Position numbers and translations under genes: made by a program
Source of the DNA: Macrostomum lignano
Taxonomy: Eukaryota
Assembly: GCA_002269645.1 (NCBI GenBank)
Contig: NIVC01000343.1
Location: 1 to 64,000, forward strand
Direction: 5' to 3'
Length of the DNA stretch: 64,000 bases
Notes under the pieces: model-generated
The model's input: the letters and a program-made list of their open reading frames with translations, nothing else
Database searches by the model: none
What the model was told of the DNA's origin: nothing
Part shown: one piece after another, positions 23,576 through 42,400 of the stretch
How the letters are laid out: each line of letters begins with the position of its first letter
Numbering within the stretch: the first letter of the stretch is position 1

Positions 23576-25332
23576 AAATGCTTAAATAGGTAACTTGCGT
23601 ACTTTTTAAAAATTCCGTCAAAAAAAGGCATAAGGTTGACATTGAGTTAATTTTAAAGTACGTAAAGAAGCACCACCAACGATTATCTTTCATATCCGGT
23701 CTGATTGATAATGTAATAACGTCGTCGATAAATTAAGCCCTATCCTCATGACCTGTTGATTCTTGATAGATATTTAATGGACCCAATATTAGTCTTAGGG
23801 TAGTATAGACTAGGCGCTAGGCCTGGGTTTTGCACCCTGAATTTTGAAAAATATACAAATATTTAAATACAATCCTTGCATTAAGGCCTTTTTGAGATTT
23901 TATTTGGCAATATTCATTTATTTTATGGAATGTTTAAATGTATATAGGCCCCTTCAGATAAACCTTGGACTGGAGCCACAATGTCTATAGGTTAGGCCTA
24001 GTTAGGCAGGTTAGGCCTAGTCATACTAGGCCTAACACATGAGTTGAGCTAATAAATAAGGTTGTCTACTATGAGTTTACCAATTTTACCTTGCTTGAGC
24101 CTATTTGAAGAATGTTTACTTAAGCATCTAGCAAAAGGGACCCCTAATTGGCCAAGCCTTATGACTATGTAGGCCCCCTATATAAAATATTTTTTTAAAT
24201 TTAAATTAATTAGGCCCCCCCTATTCTTTCAAAATGAAAATCAATGCCAATAATAGCCTTTTTCAAATGAAAGAGAGTTAAAAGTAGTTTAGGGCCTAAT
24301 ATATGTTTTTTTATTTCTATGGTCAACAGGTTGATTTACTTCTTCTGGGTTATTTGGCTAGGTCCTAGTCATTTGTATAGGTCTACTTGCTTTTGAAAAG
24401 CTCATTTTGCAAGCATTTGAATATCAATTATACTCATATCCAGGGTTTTCTTTTTCCCCAGAGACAAGGTGCAAAATCGCACCCTATGCTCACTTTCATG
24501 GTGTGATTTAAAGGCTCAAAGTGCAATCTCTCTTTTCTTATTTTAAGGCACTGTGAATAAGGCTTTAATAGAAAAATAGGTTATAAGACTATACCTACGT
24601 TTCAATTTCAGGGTGCAATTTTAAAATTTAAGGTACATATGCACATTCTATACACAAAAAATAAACATAGCTCATGCCATAAAGGAGGTATATGTAAATA
24701 GGTAGGCCCTTTTTGGACATTAGTCAATCAGTCAGTCAATCATTAATCATTTCGGTAAAAGGCTTTTTGCCAAAACATCTATGGTAATAGATAAAATTCA
24801 AACATTGGTAACTTAGGTAATTTTTCAATAATATTAGGCCTATGTACAACAAGTGCATGTAAGTAACAAGTGTGCAAACTTAAAAAAAGCAACAAGTAAC
24901 AATCAATTGCTTTGGTGCTCAATCAGTTGGTATATACACAATATACTCTTAAAACTTAAAGTAGAAACCACATGATCTAGGATCATCTTTTTTTACCTTT
25001 TTACTTTTAAAAGGTAATAATTATATAATTACCTTTGTATAATTGTATAACTACCTTAATTAAAGGTAATAATTTTTAATAATTGCACTACAAGTATTTT
25101 GGTGAATTTTTTGTACTGTTGGGAAATATTTAATGCTAAATTAGCTGTTTGGCACCTAAAATTTCATTTTCAAGTACTGGAAGACCAGACTTATCAAAAA
25201 ACAACTTCTATTACCAAAGTCCAGCATTCTAAAAAAGAACCGGAAAAAAGTGCCGCTTTAAAAAAGTAACCTTTGGTATTCAAAGTGCCAGAAGTGCTGG
25301 AACTTTTCATTAACACAGGTAATGAACTATAA

Positions 25333-27430
25333 CTATATGGTGCCTTCTAAATGTGGTGAAAACTTTTTACCAAAATGACTTTTGTCACCTCTGTTGACGC
25401 TATCCAGAAAAATGAAATGGCATAGATTGGCTTTGTCAGTTCTTAAGTTCTCATCTATATCAATAAGCAAGTCAACATACCACTTCCGCTTTGTTACTGC
25501 AATAGTAAAGCAAGCAACAGTACTAGTTATGTAGAAAATTATATTTAGATCATCAATTGATAGTTCTATATTGAGTTTGATAGCCTCGGATAAAGAATAA
25601 GCAACATTTTCCAGTTCTGTTGTTTTTTCTATCTGGCATTCTTCCATTGAAAGTGCAGCTGCTTTTTTGATATCCAGTAGTGTTATATTTGAAAACTTCA
25701 GAAGTGAGACTATGCAGAATTTTCTGTTATCCTCCAAAACTTGTTTCATTGACACAAAGTAATTTGCACCAATTAGCTATCACAGCTAGCCAAATTGAGA
25801 TTCCAATGCATTTGATTGTATTTGACCTAAAAAACGTAATTGAATCCTAGATGATCAATAAAGAAACTAGCATAGTCCAAAAAAGTAAGACAAGCTTGCC
25901 TCAAAGTGAGGAACTTTTCTGCCATTAATCCCAACTGACCACTAGACTTCTACCATTGCAAAAAATTGGCAAAATCTTTAAGAAACACTAATTTCCAGTC
26001 CAAAGACAAGCACATGGGGTCCATACTTATATCTCGCGTATGCTTTCCTTTAACAGATGATTTTACATTTAGCACATTCTAAAGCTTTAAAACAAGTAAT
26101 ATAAAGGGGCCATCCCATTCCATTCAGGCTTTCCACTATGTCTAGAATAGTATATGAGCACGTCTCTTGTAGACTGAGAACACAGTAGTTGCCAGTTGCA
26201 CAGAGACCCATTCAATATTTTTTGGTTCTAGAATGGTGCATGAAAGGATGCACTATCATCTGGAAAACTATATACTTCCCTGCTGCTATATTCTATACAT
26301 TTTGCTATGTATATTTTGTCAATAATCAGCAACATGTTCTTTTGAAATTGTTTAGGTTAGAGATTTGAAGGTTTAAATAGGCAAAATTGTCTAGTCTAGA
26401 CTTGCCTTGTACATGTTTAATAATCATCTGTAGAGTTCTAATAGATAGTAGGCATAGTACATCTTCTAGTAGAACTTAGTAGGCTGCTAAACTTGAGGCA
26501 TGGACAAGATAGGCTAAAATCAATAGCTTGGGTGAGTAATTCCAATGGTACTTTGTTAAAGAAGCCAACTCAATTTGTTCAAGAATTAAGCTAAGCTTCC
26601 AATGTTTGTCACATCCCTCCACTAGAGTTCCTATATATCTTTTTAAGTTTGTGATAGCAGAGTCCAAAAATTGATCTGATGCATATTTTTTATCACTACA
26701 CTATGCTTTTAAGCAAGCCAAGAGATTCAATAATTGAGACAAAGTACTTAGTCTATCTGACAGGATGTCATGGTAAGGCCTAGGCAAAATGACTTCTTTG
26801 CCACAACTTACCTGCACTTAAAATCAGCATAAACTGAGATTGAACTGGTCACATTTAGAATGCCACTGATATATGATAAAAAGTAGATAATCAAAATCCC
26901 ATCTATGATGACAATCTGAAATCCTTCAGGCTTTTTGTTCCTTAGCCAGTCAACCTTTCACCTCCTTCAGACTCAGGGAGCTAATGTTATTGTTATCTTC
27001 AAATGCCTCTCCCATGGCTTTTAAGTGTTGGACTTCCTTCTCTAGGTGACCAGAAGAGTTGCAATGGAAGCAGAGTGTCAAACAGTAGCTAGCTTTGAGT
27101 ACAGGTAAGACAGTGCATTAGGAAAGATAGCATCCAGGGTATTGCATCCTTCTTAAAGTACCTTTTTATTAGCTTCTTCATGGCAAAGTTCTTTGATCTG
27201 CAAAAATTGCTATTGGAATGTTCTTCAATGAAGTCACTAGGCACAAAATGCAGGGAGCACATTCTGGAGTGCTTAGATGATACAAAATCTTTTCTTGGGT
27301 TCGCTTTCAACCATAAAGCTTTAAGAGCTTCATCTTTTGGAAAAGAATGGAATGTCACCTTAGTCTCATCTTGTTGCGGATGATTTTTGTAGCCACTTGT
27401 GCAGCCAAATGCATAGCACTTGTAACCTAT
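25333..27430 (-). pseudogene. Decayed THAP-domain P-element-type transposase
   Basis: THAP: KCYAFGC..TFHSFPKD..LW..NPR..RMCSLHF..KDAIP. Also YSPKLLILAY, LIIDKIYI and LGQIQSNALESQFG*L**LIGANYFVSMKQVLE (C-terminal catalytic-Glu region). Multiple stops and frameshifts. Confidence 0.85.
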
Positions 27431-27873
27431 GTTCTTTTAGTAATAAAAAAGGCTAGTGAATTAAAAACTTTAAATTGAATTGAATTAATAAGGTAGATTA
27501 AGATTTTAAGATTGTAGGCTTGTAGGAAAACTATATTCCTATTATTTTCTCTCTGTATAAGAGGGCGGAAAGAATGAGAGAGTACATTCATAAATAAAAA
27601 GAAAGGAGAATGGGATATGAACAGGCATGCTAAGGTTGAGTCACATGAAGCCCAATCTGTACACTGAAATCTCTAGAAACCTTGTATATACTTGCTCCTT
27701 AACTAAGACTTAGTTCTATAATGCACAAAAATGAAACTAAAGCATTGAATGTATACTTCATCTCTTCCCCACCCCACCCACATAAAGACCAGAGGAACAA
27801 ATCCTTGGCCTGGCTTGAAAAGTCTCAAAGTAGAAAGGAGAAAGAGCTCTAGGTCCAGGACAGAGGAAAAATG

Positions 27874-28075
27874 CTATCCACTCATTTGTTTTAGGCTTGG
27901 CCATGTCATATGCTAAATTAACATTTTCTTTTTCTGTTTCTTGTCTAGACTTTCTATTATTCAAGGGTCCATAACTATCCGCTCATTTGTTTTAGGCTTG
28001 GCCATGTCATAGGCTAAATTAACATTTTCTTTTTCTGTTTCTTGTCTAGACTTTCTACTATTCAAGGGTCTATAA
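27874..28075. repeat. 101-bp tandem duplication (2 copies)
   Basis: 27874-27974 is repeated at 27975-28075 with a few substitutions. Confidence 0.9.
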
Positions 28076-30987
28076 CTAGGCCTATCAATTGTTGGATTGC
28101 CAGTTCTATAGTAGACCTACATCAAGCTTGCAATTTCTTATAGCTTCATGTCCCACACTATGCACTATAAGCACATGTATAGCACTAGAGGAGAGTTTAA
28201 GGGTAGGAGATTTTTAAGCATTTTCTCTCCAGCCTTGGCTTTCTATCTGTTAATTGGACCCTAAAAATCATGATAGTGGTAAGTGTTAGTAGATAGCTTT
28301 CTTGTCTAAAAAATTATTGTCTAAAAAAATAGACATTTTGTCCTATTTGCAATGTCTGTTAAGTGGTTAGTGTCTCATAGAAACAAACATTGCCATATTG
28401 CCCAAAAGTTGCTTGCTTTTTAAACTGTACTATCTACTAAGACAACCCTTTTACTACAATGATAGCAAAGGCCATGTTAATAGCAGTAGTAGCAAAGGTC
28501 ATACCAATGGCAGTGGTAGCAGCAAAGGTTGTGCAAATGGCAATGGAGGCTATACTAATGGTAGTGAAGGCTATTCTAATAGTAGTAATGGCAACAAAGC
28601 TTGTGCCAATGGCATCAATGGTGATTAGCAGTTGTTTCAGCCAGTGCAAATAGGCAATGGCTTATCTGTGCATATTGGCTAAAAACTGTCATAATTCACA
28701 TAGAAACATGGCTATTAATAGGCATATTGAGCAGTGTACCTTTGCTGGGCTAATAAATAATATATAGCTGACTCAAGCCTATTGAACAGCTTGTTTGGGA
28801 GGCTACCTGAGATATCAGCTATGCTATAGTGAGTTTAGCATCTAGATGGCACTTTATTAGATTGTTATAGTAGCTACCTTGATTTTCAGAAATTGAATGC
28901 AGCTTAGAATGTTTGTGTCCATTTTGTAAATTCCATAGGAGTTCTTTAAAGGTATTCTACATTTCATTAGAATCTTTCTAGATAGAACCTAGCATGAAAT
29001 TGCAACAAAGCAAGTCACCTTGCTTACAAGAGGTCTATCAAAGCAAACAATGTAATTTAAGTTTTGTCAAGAGTCCAGACAGATTGACAACTTAAAATTC
29101 CAATACCTTTCAGAAAAGCAAGTCAAAAAACACTAGACTTGCACTTCTGATCTACTAAAAACACTAGTTTCTGCAGAAATCTCTCTGCTTACCTGCAACT
29201 GAAGCTGCTTATAGACATCCATTTGCCAGTACATGTAGATCTTGTCTAGTGTTAGTACAAGTATAGCTATATAGTTGTTCCAGACAATGTCAGCTATATT
29301 TACTTGAGCAAGGCATTTCAGACAAAAGTTAACTTGCATTTGGCTTTCCATTGACATACCCCTAAGGCCTAGTGCAAAAGATGCTTTGACATAAGAACAT
29401 ACCCACTAGTAGACAGGGTCTTATCAACCAAAGCCAGGATAGCACAGATGATACTACTATTTTAAGGTATACTTAGTAACAATTTTTGCATTGCAATGTT
29501 TAGCAAAACTACTATATGCTATATATGTAGTCTTAGGTGAGTTTTCTCATTGGAACTACTATTGCTACTATTGTTGTTTTTGCTATTCACACTACATTAA
29601 TCCCTAGTATTGGCTATTCTAGTAGTGGATAGTTTTTGTACCAGTTCTAGAATTTAAGGATTCCTTTGCTATAGCAGTTTAGGTCATTTAGCACCATCAT
29701 ATCCCTCTCACTCCTCTGACAGAAAGTTATTAGGCATTGGACTATATAGACTAACTGCTACTATTGAGGCCTCAATCACTCAAGGGTGCACTATGCTCAA
29801 CATTAATATCAACCTCAATCTCACCTCAATGGCATCCATCTTTCCTTCCATTGTCTAACAAAGTTACTGTTGTATTAAGAGGTAACACTCATAATTGTTG
29901 TACACTTTTTGAAAGCTTGCTTTTTTACATGTATTTATCAATTCTTTAATTCTCTCTTCAACTCTTCAATTGGTTATCAGTGGCATATTTCTAATTCAAA
30001 TACTAAAAAGCTTTGTTAGTAGGTATCTATCTAGGTATATGATCAATTTCAGAAATATTTACAGCTATTGTAAAAACTTTTGCTTGATTTTTGAAAATAA
30101 CATGTTTTTCAAGTATTTAATCCCTTCAGGATCTATCAATTTTTTAGCCAAGACATGTATATTGAAATTGTCATAGAAAACGTCTTATCAAACATTCAAA
30201 TATGTTTGAAATCTATTCAAAAAATATCTATTCTAATAAAGTCGATTTCATTATTGACTTGATAGTTGCAATATCTATTTAAAATATATATACAATAGCT
30301 ACTCATTAGGATAGTGATTATTTAGGCCTTACTAGCAACTATTGTATCAAAATCAATAGTCATCGGATAAAGTCATATTTGATTTTTTTATTAATATTTT
30401 AATGGCTTTTCTAAGTATTTTATAAGCTAAGTTATGGCTGACCAAGTTATGCTGCTTCAGATGGCACAAATAAAATTGGTACTAACTAGGGAAACATTAA
30501 TATATTATGAATCATTAATTCTCTTGCTTATACATCACTATACATGTGCAACACCCAGTTGATCTGGCTGGATAACAATGCAGCCAAGACAATTATGCCA
30601 TCATAAAGCTGATTGCTGAAAAATTTAGCCAGGTAAATTCTTAGGGTTGAAAAGGTAAACTAATGTCTTGAAAAACAAATAGAGATACCAATATATTGGA
30701 TAGCAAAAAGTATCGACACTGAAATGCCTGGCAACCTAATAAATAGGCAGAATAGTCTGTCAAATGCGCATATATTTGTTTTGTTTAATTGAAAATAATG
30801 AAAATATAACACGAAATATAACAGGAAAATATATCCTATGCAAATATAATACACAAAACCTAGGTTTTTATATCATATTCATTGTCATGATTTACTTACT
30901 TACTTACTTACTACTGACGGGGGGCGCAGGCGCCGCGAATAGGCCGCGAGGCCCCTATCGCAACCCCAAGGTAAAAGAGCACAAGGA

Positions 30988-35866
<4,879 letters not shown>

Positions 35867-36417
35867 TTATCCCAGGATTGCTCCCAGGCGAGGCTCCGGC
35901 AGGCCCCCGGTCCACACTCTGCAAGATCAGGGGGCGGGAGGCCGGCTGCGGGCTTGGGACACAGGCGCCAGGTCGAGTTGACAGCCGACGCCCGAGCCCT
36001 CCCCCACAAGAGCGGCCCTCGAGAACCCGTGTGGTACCAGTTGCAACTAAGGGCTGTCGATGGGTAGTTGGCGCTTAGCCAGCAGCCAACTACTTAGCAG
36101 CCACCTGCCCCGCAAAAAAGCAGCAGGGGGGATCCGTCCCCCACCAACAGACCAAGACGAGGAAGCTAGCCGCTTCCACGCCAGGCCAGAACGAAAAGGA
36201 GGGGGAAGAGCCTCCTCGAAAAACGAAAAGCTGGCGGATGTCACAGAGTCCCTCGGTTTAAGTTGCCGTTTGCCCCCCATTGTCATGATTTATCAAGTGT
36301 AATTTTGCCATCCTGAATGTGGACCTTACTTGCATCTACAATTTGTAATTCATATTTAAAATCTTTAAGCTTCTCCTGTCTTGATGCAACCCTCGCCAAG
36401 GCCATGCTTGAGCTGCG

Positions 36418-39400
36418 ATGAAGAAAAAAGGTCAAAACCCGGGCCAAACTGCCAAGAACAAGCGGGTGAAGCTGAAAAGCTTGAACCATTTGATTACTTG
36501 CAAATTGTGCAAAGGCTATCTAATTGAAGCGGCTACTGTAACTGAGTGTCTGCATACATGTGAGCTTATGTACTTTCTATTTTTCCTGTGTAGAATTTTA
36601 CTAATTAGTCATGCTTGACAAATTTATTAAACCTATTTAAATCATTTCAGTTTGCAAGTCTTGCATTGTAAAATATTTGGAGACAAAGAACACCTGTCCA
36701 GATTGTGGCATACTGATTCATCACAGTCATCCGCTGCACTACATCAGGTATGCAACTAAGTTAGGTGGTAAAGCGTTTATGTTGTAGGGGATAGAAATGT
36801 TCATGTCAGTGTGTAAGTGGGCAGCGGCATCAATATGTTGAAAATATTATGTCATGTAGGTGTAGACCACCATCTGTTGAATATCTAGGTGTACAATAAC
36901 AGTCCCTTGAATATCTAGAAGGTGTACAGTAGCAGTACCTTGAATATCTAGTTGTACAGTAGCAGTACCTTGAATATCTAGAAGGTGTACAGTAGCAGTA
37001 CCTTGAATATCTAGTTGTACAGTAGCAGTACCTTGAATATCTAGAAGGTGTACAGTAGCAGTACCTTGAATATCTAGGTGTACAGTAGCAGTCCCTTGAA
37101 TATCTAGAAGGTGTACAGTAGCAGTACCTTGAATATCTAGAAGGTGTACAGTAGCAGTACCTTGAATATCTAGTTGTACAGTAGCAGTCCCTTGAATATC
37201 TAGAAGGTGTACAGTAGCAGTACCTTGAATATCTAGTTGTACAGTAGCAGTCCCTTGAATATCTAGAAGGTGTACAGTAGCAGTCCCTTGAATATCTAGA
37301 AGGTGTACAGTAGCAGTCCCTTGAATATCTAGAAGGTGTACAGTAGCAGTACCTTGAATATCTAGTTGTACAGTAGCAGTCTCTTGAATATCTAGAAGGT
37401 GTACAGTAGCAGTCCCTTGAATATCTAGAAGGTGTACAGTAGCAGTCCCTTGAATATCTAGTTGTACAGTAGCAGTCCCTTGAATATCTAGAAGGTGTAC
37501 AGTAGCAGTCCCTTGAATATCTAGTTGTACAGTAGCAGTCCCTTGAATATCTAGAAGGTGTACAGTAGCAGTCCCTTGAATATCTAGTTGTACAGTAGCA
37601 GTCCCTTGAATATCTAGAAGGTGTACAGTAGCAGTCCCTTGAATATCTAGTTGTACAGTAGCAGTCCCTTTAATATCTAGGTGTACAGTAGCAGTCTCTT
37701 GAATATCTGGGTGTACAATAACAATGGCCTTGAATATCTAGAAGGTGTACAGTAACAGTCTCTTGTGAACATCTAAAAGGTGTACAACTGTCTATTGAAC
37801 ACATGGAAGGTGTATAGCGGCAGTTTATTGAATATCTAGGTGTACAGCAGGCCTCAAATATCGGGTTGTACAGAAGCAGTCCATCGAGTCTAGAGGGTTG
37901 AGTCAGGGAAGCCTCTATGGTCGCTGCGCTCCCCAGGAAGGGACAAGTTTAGGCAGCATACAAGTTTAGGGGTAAAAACCCAATTGGAAAGCAGTGAATG
38001 AATAGGAAAATGCAACGTTTTTTCATTTCTATGATTGATAACTTTTTAACTAAAAGTCAGAAAGATGCGGTTTGCACTATTCAACGCAAAACATTCAGAA
38101 CTTTAGGTCTCCAAGGTTAAGTTGTATTATTCAAAAAACTTCCGTTCAAAAAACTTAACAACCCTTCAGGCCATGCAAACATATGAAATAAAAAATGAAA
38201 TGGTTACCCTTAGGTGATAATTAAGCAAAAGAGAGCGAAATTAACTGAAAATTGCTGGGGCAAGCTGTATACAAATAGCACTTTGTATGACTAAAAAACA
38301 AAAGCAAAGTCTACTAAGAGTATACATCAGAGCTATAGCTCATTTCTCAGATAATTTTGATTTCAAAATGTTTGTGCCTCATCCTCGCATGGCACTCTCT
38401 CGCCGAGTGTGAGCAGATGTCATTGTGGTAGGTCGCTTCTCAGGAACAGTTTCGATGAAGTAGAATGGCGCGTTTGGAAAGATGCTGGGTACGGAATCAG
38501 AAGTGAACCAACCGTTGATTTTTCAGCTTCTTTGCTTGTCCATCTGCATCTGCAAATGCCGGAGCGCTTACGGATGGAGTTGGAGTCCTGAGAGTTTGTT
38601 ACAAAGAACCTTTCCGAAAAATGCAGCGAGCAGATCCGGTAGTTGTGCTTTGGATCGCAGCTCAACTTCTCCAACTCTGCTGCTGTCCACTTTCGGGGAA
38701 TTGCAGAGATCCATTTTCCAGAAGCTCCGGCTGTGTAGATATTCTTTTTCCAGTTAGTAAGCTATGAGATACGAGAGGTGTTACAAAAGTTCGCGTACAA
38801 ACTGCTCTAGCGAGAAATCGATTTCCCCTAAACTTGTATAGCGGAGTGGGGTGGGGCGGGTGAGTGTCCCTTCCTGGGGAGTGCAGCGACCATAGAGGCT
38901 TCCCTGGTTGAGTGCTGTTTTCACACCCCGCCGCCCGCAGCTTGGACCGCACCCTACAAGACGTGGTGTACAAGCTGGTGCCGAACCTGCTGCAGCGGGA
39001 GCGCGAACGGGAAGAGAAGTTCTACCGTCGTCGGGGACTCGAACCGCCGAATCGCGAGGACAGTGCGACAGAGAAATTCCATACTGCTGGCGGCGCCACT
39101 GCGGCTTCGTCGAATGCCGCAGCCTTCGGTGCAGCGTCGACTTCTTCCGCTGGCTATCAACGCGTCGGTAACCATAGCAACGGAGACAGCGGCGTTGACG
39201 ACGCCGATTCGCGGCATCGGCCAGGCATCACCAGCGAGGCTGCCAACAATTATCATAGAGGCGGCGAGCAGGTGAGAGTGTCTGCTTGGCTCTAAATGTT
39301 TTTCCAATAAATCGTACTCCCATTTCTCCTGAGATAGATAATAGACATCCTACAGAGAATCCTTTATCCCATAGTAAATATCCATTCAATCCTACTGAGA

Positions 39401-42400
39401 ATTCCCCTTTAATTCTACTATGAATTCCCCTTTAATCCTACTGTGAATTCCTCTTTTATCCTACTGTGAATTCCCCTTTAATCCTACTGAAAATTCCCCT
39501 TTAATCCTACTGAGAATTCCCCTTTAATCCTACTGAAAATTCCCCTTTAATCCTACTGAAAATTCCCCTTTAATCCTACTGAGAATTCCTCTTTAATACT
39601 ACTGTGAATTCCTCTTTTATCCTACTGTGAATTCCCCTTTAATCCTACTGACAATTCCCCTTTAATCGTACTGTGAATTCCCCTTTAATCCTACTGAAAA
39701 TTCCCCTTTAATCCTACTGAGAATTCCTCTTTAATCCTACTGACAATTCCCCTTTATTCCTACTGAAAATTCCCCTTTAATCCTACTGAGAATTCCCCTT
39801 TAATACTACTGTGAATTCCCCTTTAATCCTACTGAAAATTCCCCTTTAATCCTACTGAGAATTCCTCTTTAATACTACTGTGAATTCCCCTTTAATCCTA
39901 CTGAGAATTCCCCTTTAATCCTACTGAAAATTCCCTTTTAATACTACTGTGAATTCCCCTTTAATGCTACTGAGAATTCCCCTTTAATCCTACTGAAAAT
40001 TCCCTTTTAATCCTACTGAGAATTCCCCTTTAATACTACTGTGAATTCCCCTTTAATCCTTCTGAAAATTCATTTTTAATCCTACTGAGAATTCCCATTT
40101 AATCCTACTGTGAATTCCCCTTTAATCCTACTGAAAATTCCCCTTTAATCCTACTGAGAATTCCTCTTTAATACTACTGTGAATTCCCCTTTAATCCTAC
40201 TGAGAATTCCCCTTTAATCGTACTGAGAATTCCCCTTTAATCCTACTGAGAATTCCCCTTTAATCGTACTGTGAATTCCCCTTTAATCCTACTGAAAATT
40301 CCCCTTTAATCCTACTGAGAATTCCTCTTTAATCCTACTGACAATTCCCCTTTAATCCTACTGAAAATTCCCCTTTAATCCTACTGAGAATTCCTCTTTA
40401 ATACTACTGTGAATTCCCCTTTAATCCTACTGAAAATTCCCCTTTAATCCTACTGAGAATTCCTCTTTAATACTACTGTGAATTCCCCTTTAATCCTACT
40501 GAGAATTCCCCTTTAATCCTACTGAAAATTCCGTTTTAATCCTACTGAGAATTCCCCTTTAATCGTACTGTGAATTCCCCTTTAATCCTACTGACAATTC
40601 CTCTTTAATCCTACTGAGAATTCCCATTTAATCCTACTGTGAATTCCCCTTTAATCCTACTGAAAATTCCCCTTTAATCCTACTGAGAATTCCTCTTTAA
40701 TACTACTGTGAATTCCCCTTTAATCCTACTGAGAATCCCCCTTTAATCCTACTGACAATTCCCCTTTTATCGTACTGTGAATTCCCCTTTAATCCTACTG
40801 AAAATTCCCCTTTAATCCTACTGAGAATTCCTCTTTAATACTACTGTGAATTCCCCTTTAATCCTACTGAGAATCCCCCTTTAATCCTACTGACAATTCC
40901 CCTTTAATCGTACTGTGAATTCCCCTTTAATCCTACTGAAAATTCCCCTTTAATCCTACTGAGAATTCCCCTTTAATCCTACTGACAATTCCCCTTTAAT
41001 CCTACTGAGAATTCCTCTTTAATCCTACTGAGAATCCCCATTTAATCCCACTGTAAATTCCCCTTTAATCCTACTGTGAATTCCCCTTTAATCTTACTGA
41101 TAATTTCCCTTTAATCCTACTGAAAATTCCCTTTTAATCCTACTGAGAATTCCCCTTTAATCGTACTGTGAATTCCCCTTTAATCCTACTGAAAATTCCC
41201 CTTTAATCCTACTGAGAATTCCCCTTTAATCCTACTGAAAATTCCCCTTAAATCCTACTGAGAATTCCCCTTTAATCCTACTGAAAATTCCCCTTTAATC
41301 CTACTGAGAATTCCCCTTTAATCCTACTGAAAATTCCCCTTTAATCCTACTGAGAATTCCCCTTTAATCGTACTGTGAATTCCCCTTTAATCCTACTGAA
41401 AATTCCCCTTTAATCCTACTGAGAATTCCCCTTTAATCGTACTGTGAATTCCCCTTTAATCCTACTGACAATTCCTCTTTAATCCTACTGAGAATTCCCA
41501 TTTAATCCTACTGAGAATTCCTCTTTTATCGTACTGTGAATTCCCCTTTAATCCTACTGAAAATTCCCCTTTAATCCTACTGAGAATTCCCCTTTAATCC
41601 TACTGAGAATTCCCCTTTAATCCTACTGAGAATTCCCCTTTAATCCTACTGAGAATTCCTCTTTAATACTACTGTGAATTCCCCTTTAATCCTACTGAAA
41701 ATTCCCTTTTAATCCTACTGAGAATTCCCCTTTAATCCTACTGAGAATTCCTCTTTAATACTACTGTGAATTCCCCTTTAATCCTACTGAAAATTCCCCT
41801 TTAATCCTACTGAGAATTCCTCTTTAATACTACTGTGAATTCCCCTTTAATCCTACTGAGAATCCCCCTTTAATCCTACTGACAATTCCCCTTTTATCGT
41901 ACTGTGAATTCCCCTTTAATCCTACTGAAAATTCCCCTTTAATCCTACTGAGAATTCCTCTTTAATACTACTGTGAATTCCCCTTTAATCCTACTGAGAA
42001 TCCCCTTTAATCCTACTGACAATTCCCCTTTAATCGTACTGTGAATTCCCCTTTAATCCTACTGAAAATTCCCCTTTAATCCTACTGAGAATTCCCCTTT
42101 AATCCTACTGACAATTCCCCTTTAATCCTACTGAGAATTCCTCTTTAATCCTACTGTGAATTCCCCTTTAATCCTACTGAAAATTTTCCTTTAATCCTAC
42201 TGAAAATTCCCCTTTAATCCTACTGAGAATTCCTCTTTAATCCTACTGTGAATTCCGCTTTAATCCTACTGAGAATCCCCCTTTAATCCTACTGAGAATT
42301 CCCCTTTAATCGTACTGTGAATTCCCCTTTAATCGTACTGTGAATTCCCCTTTAATCCTACTGAGAATTCCTCTTTTATCCTACTGTGAATTCCCCTTTA

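Noticed and set aside
28398-28653. G/S/N-rich and hydrophobic short ORFs
   Set aside because: Degenerate low-complexity repeat inside the CpG-free relic block; no splice or homology support.
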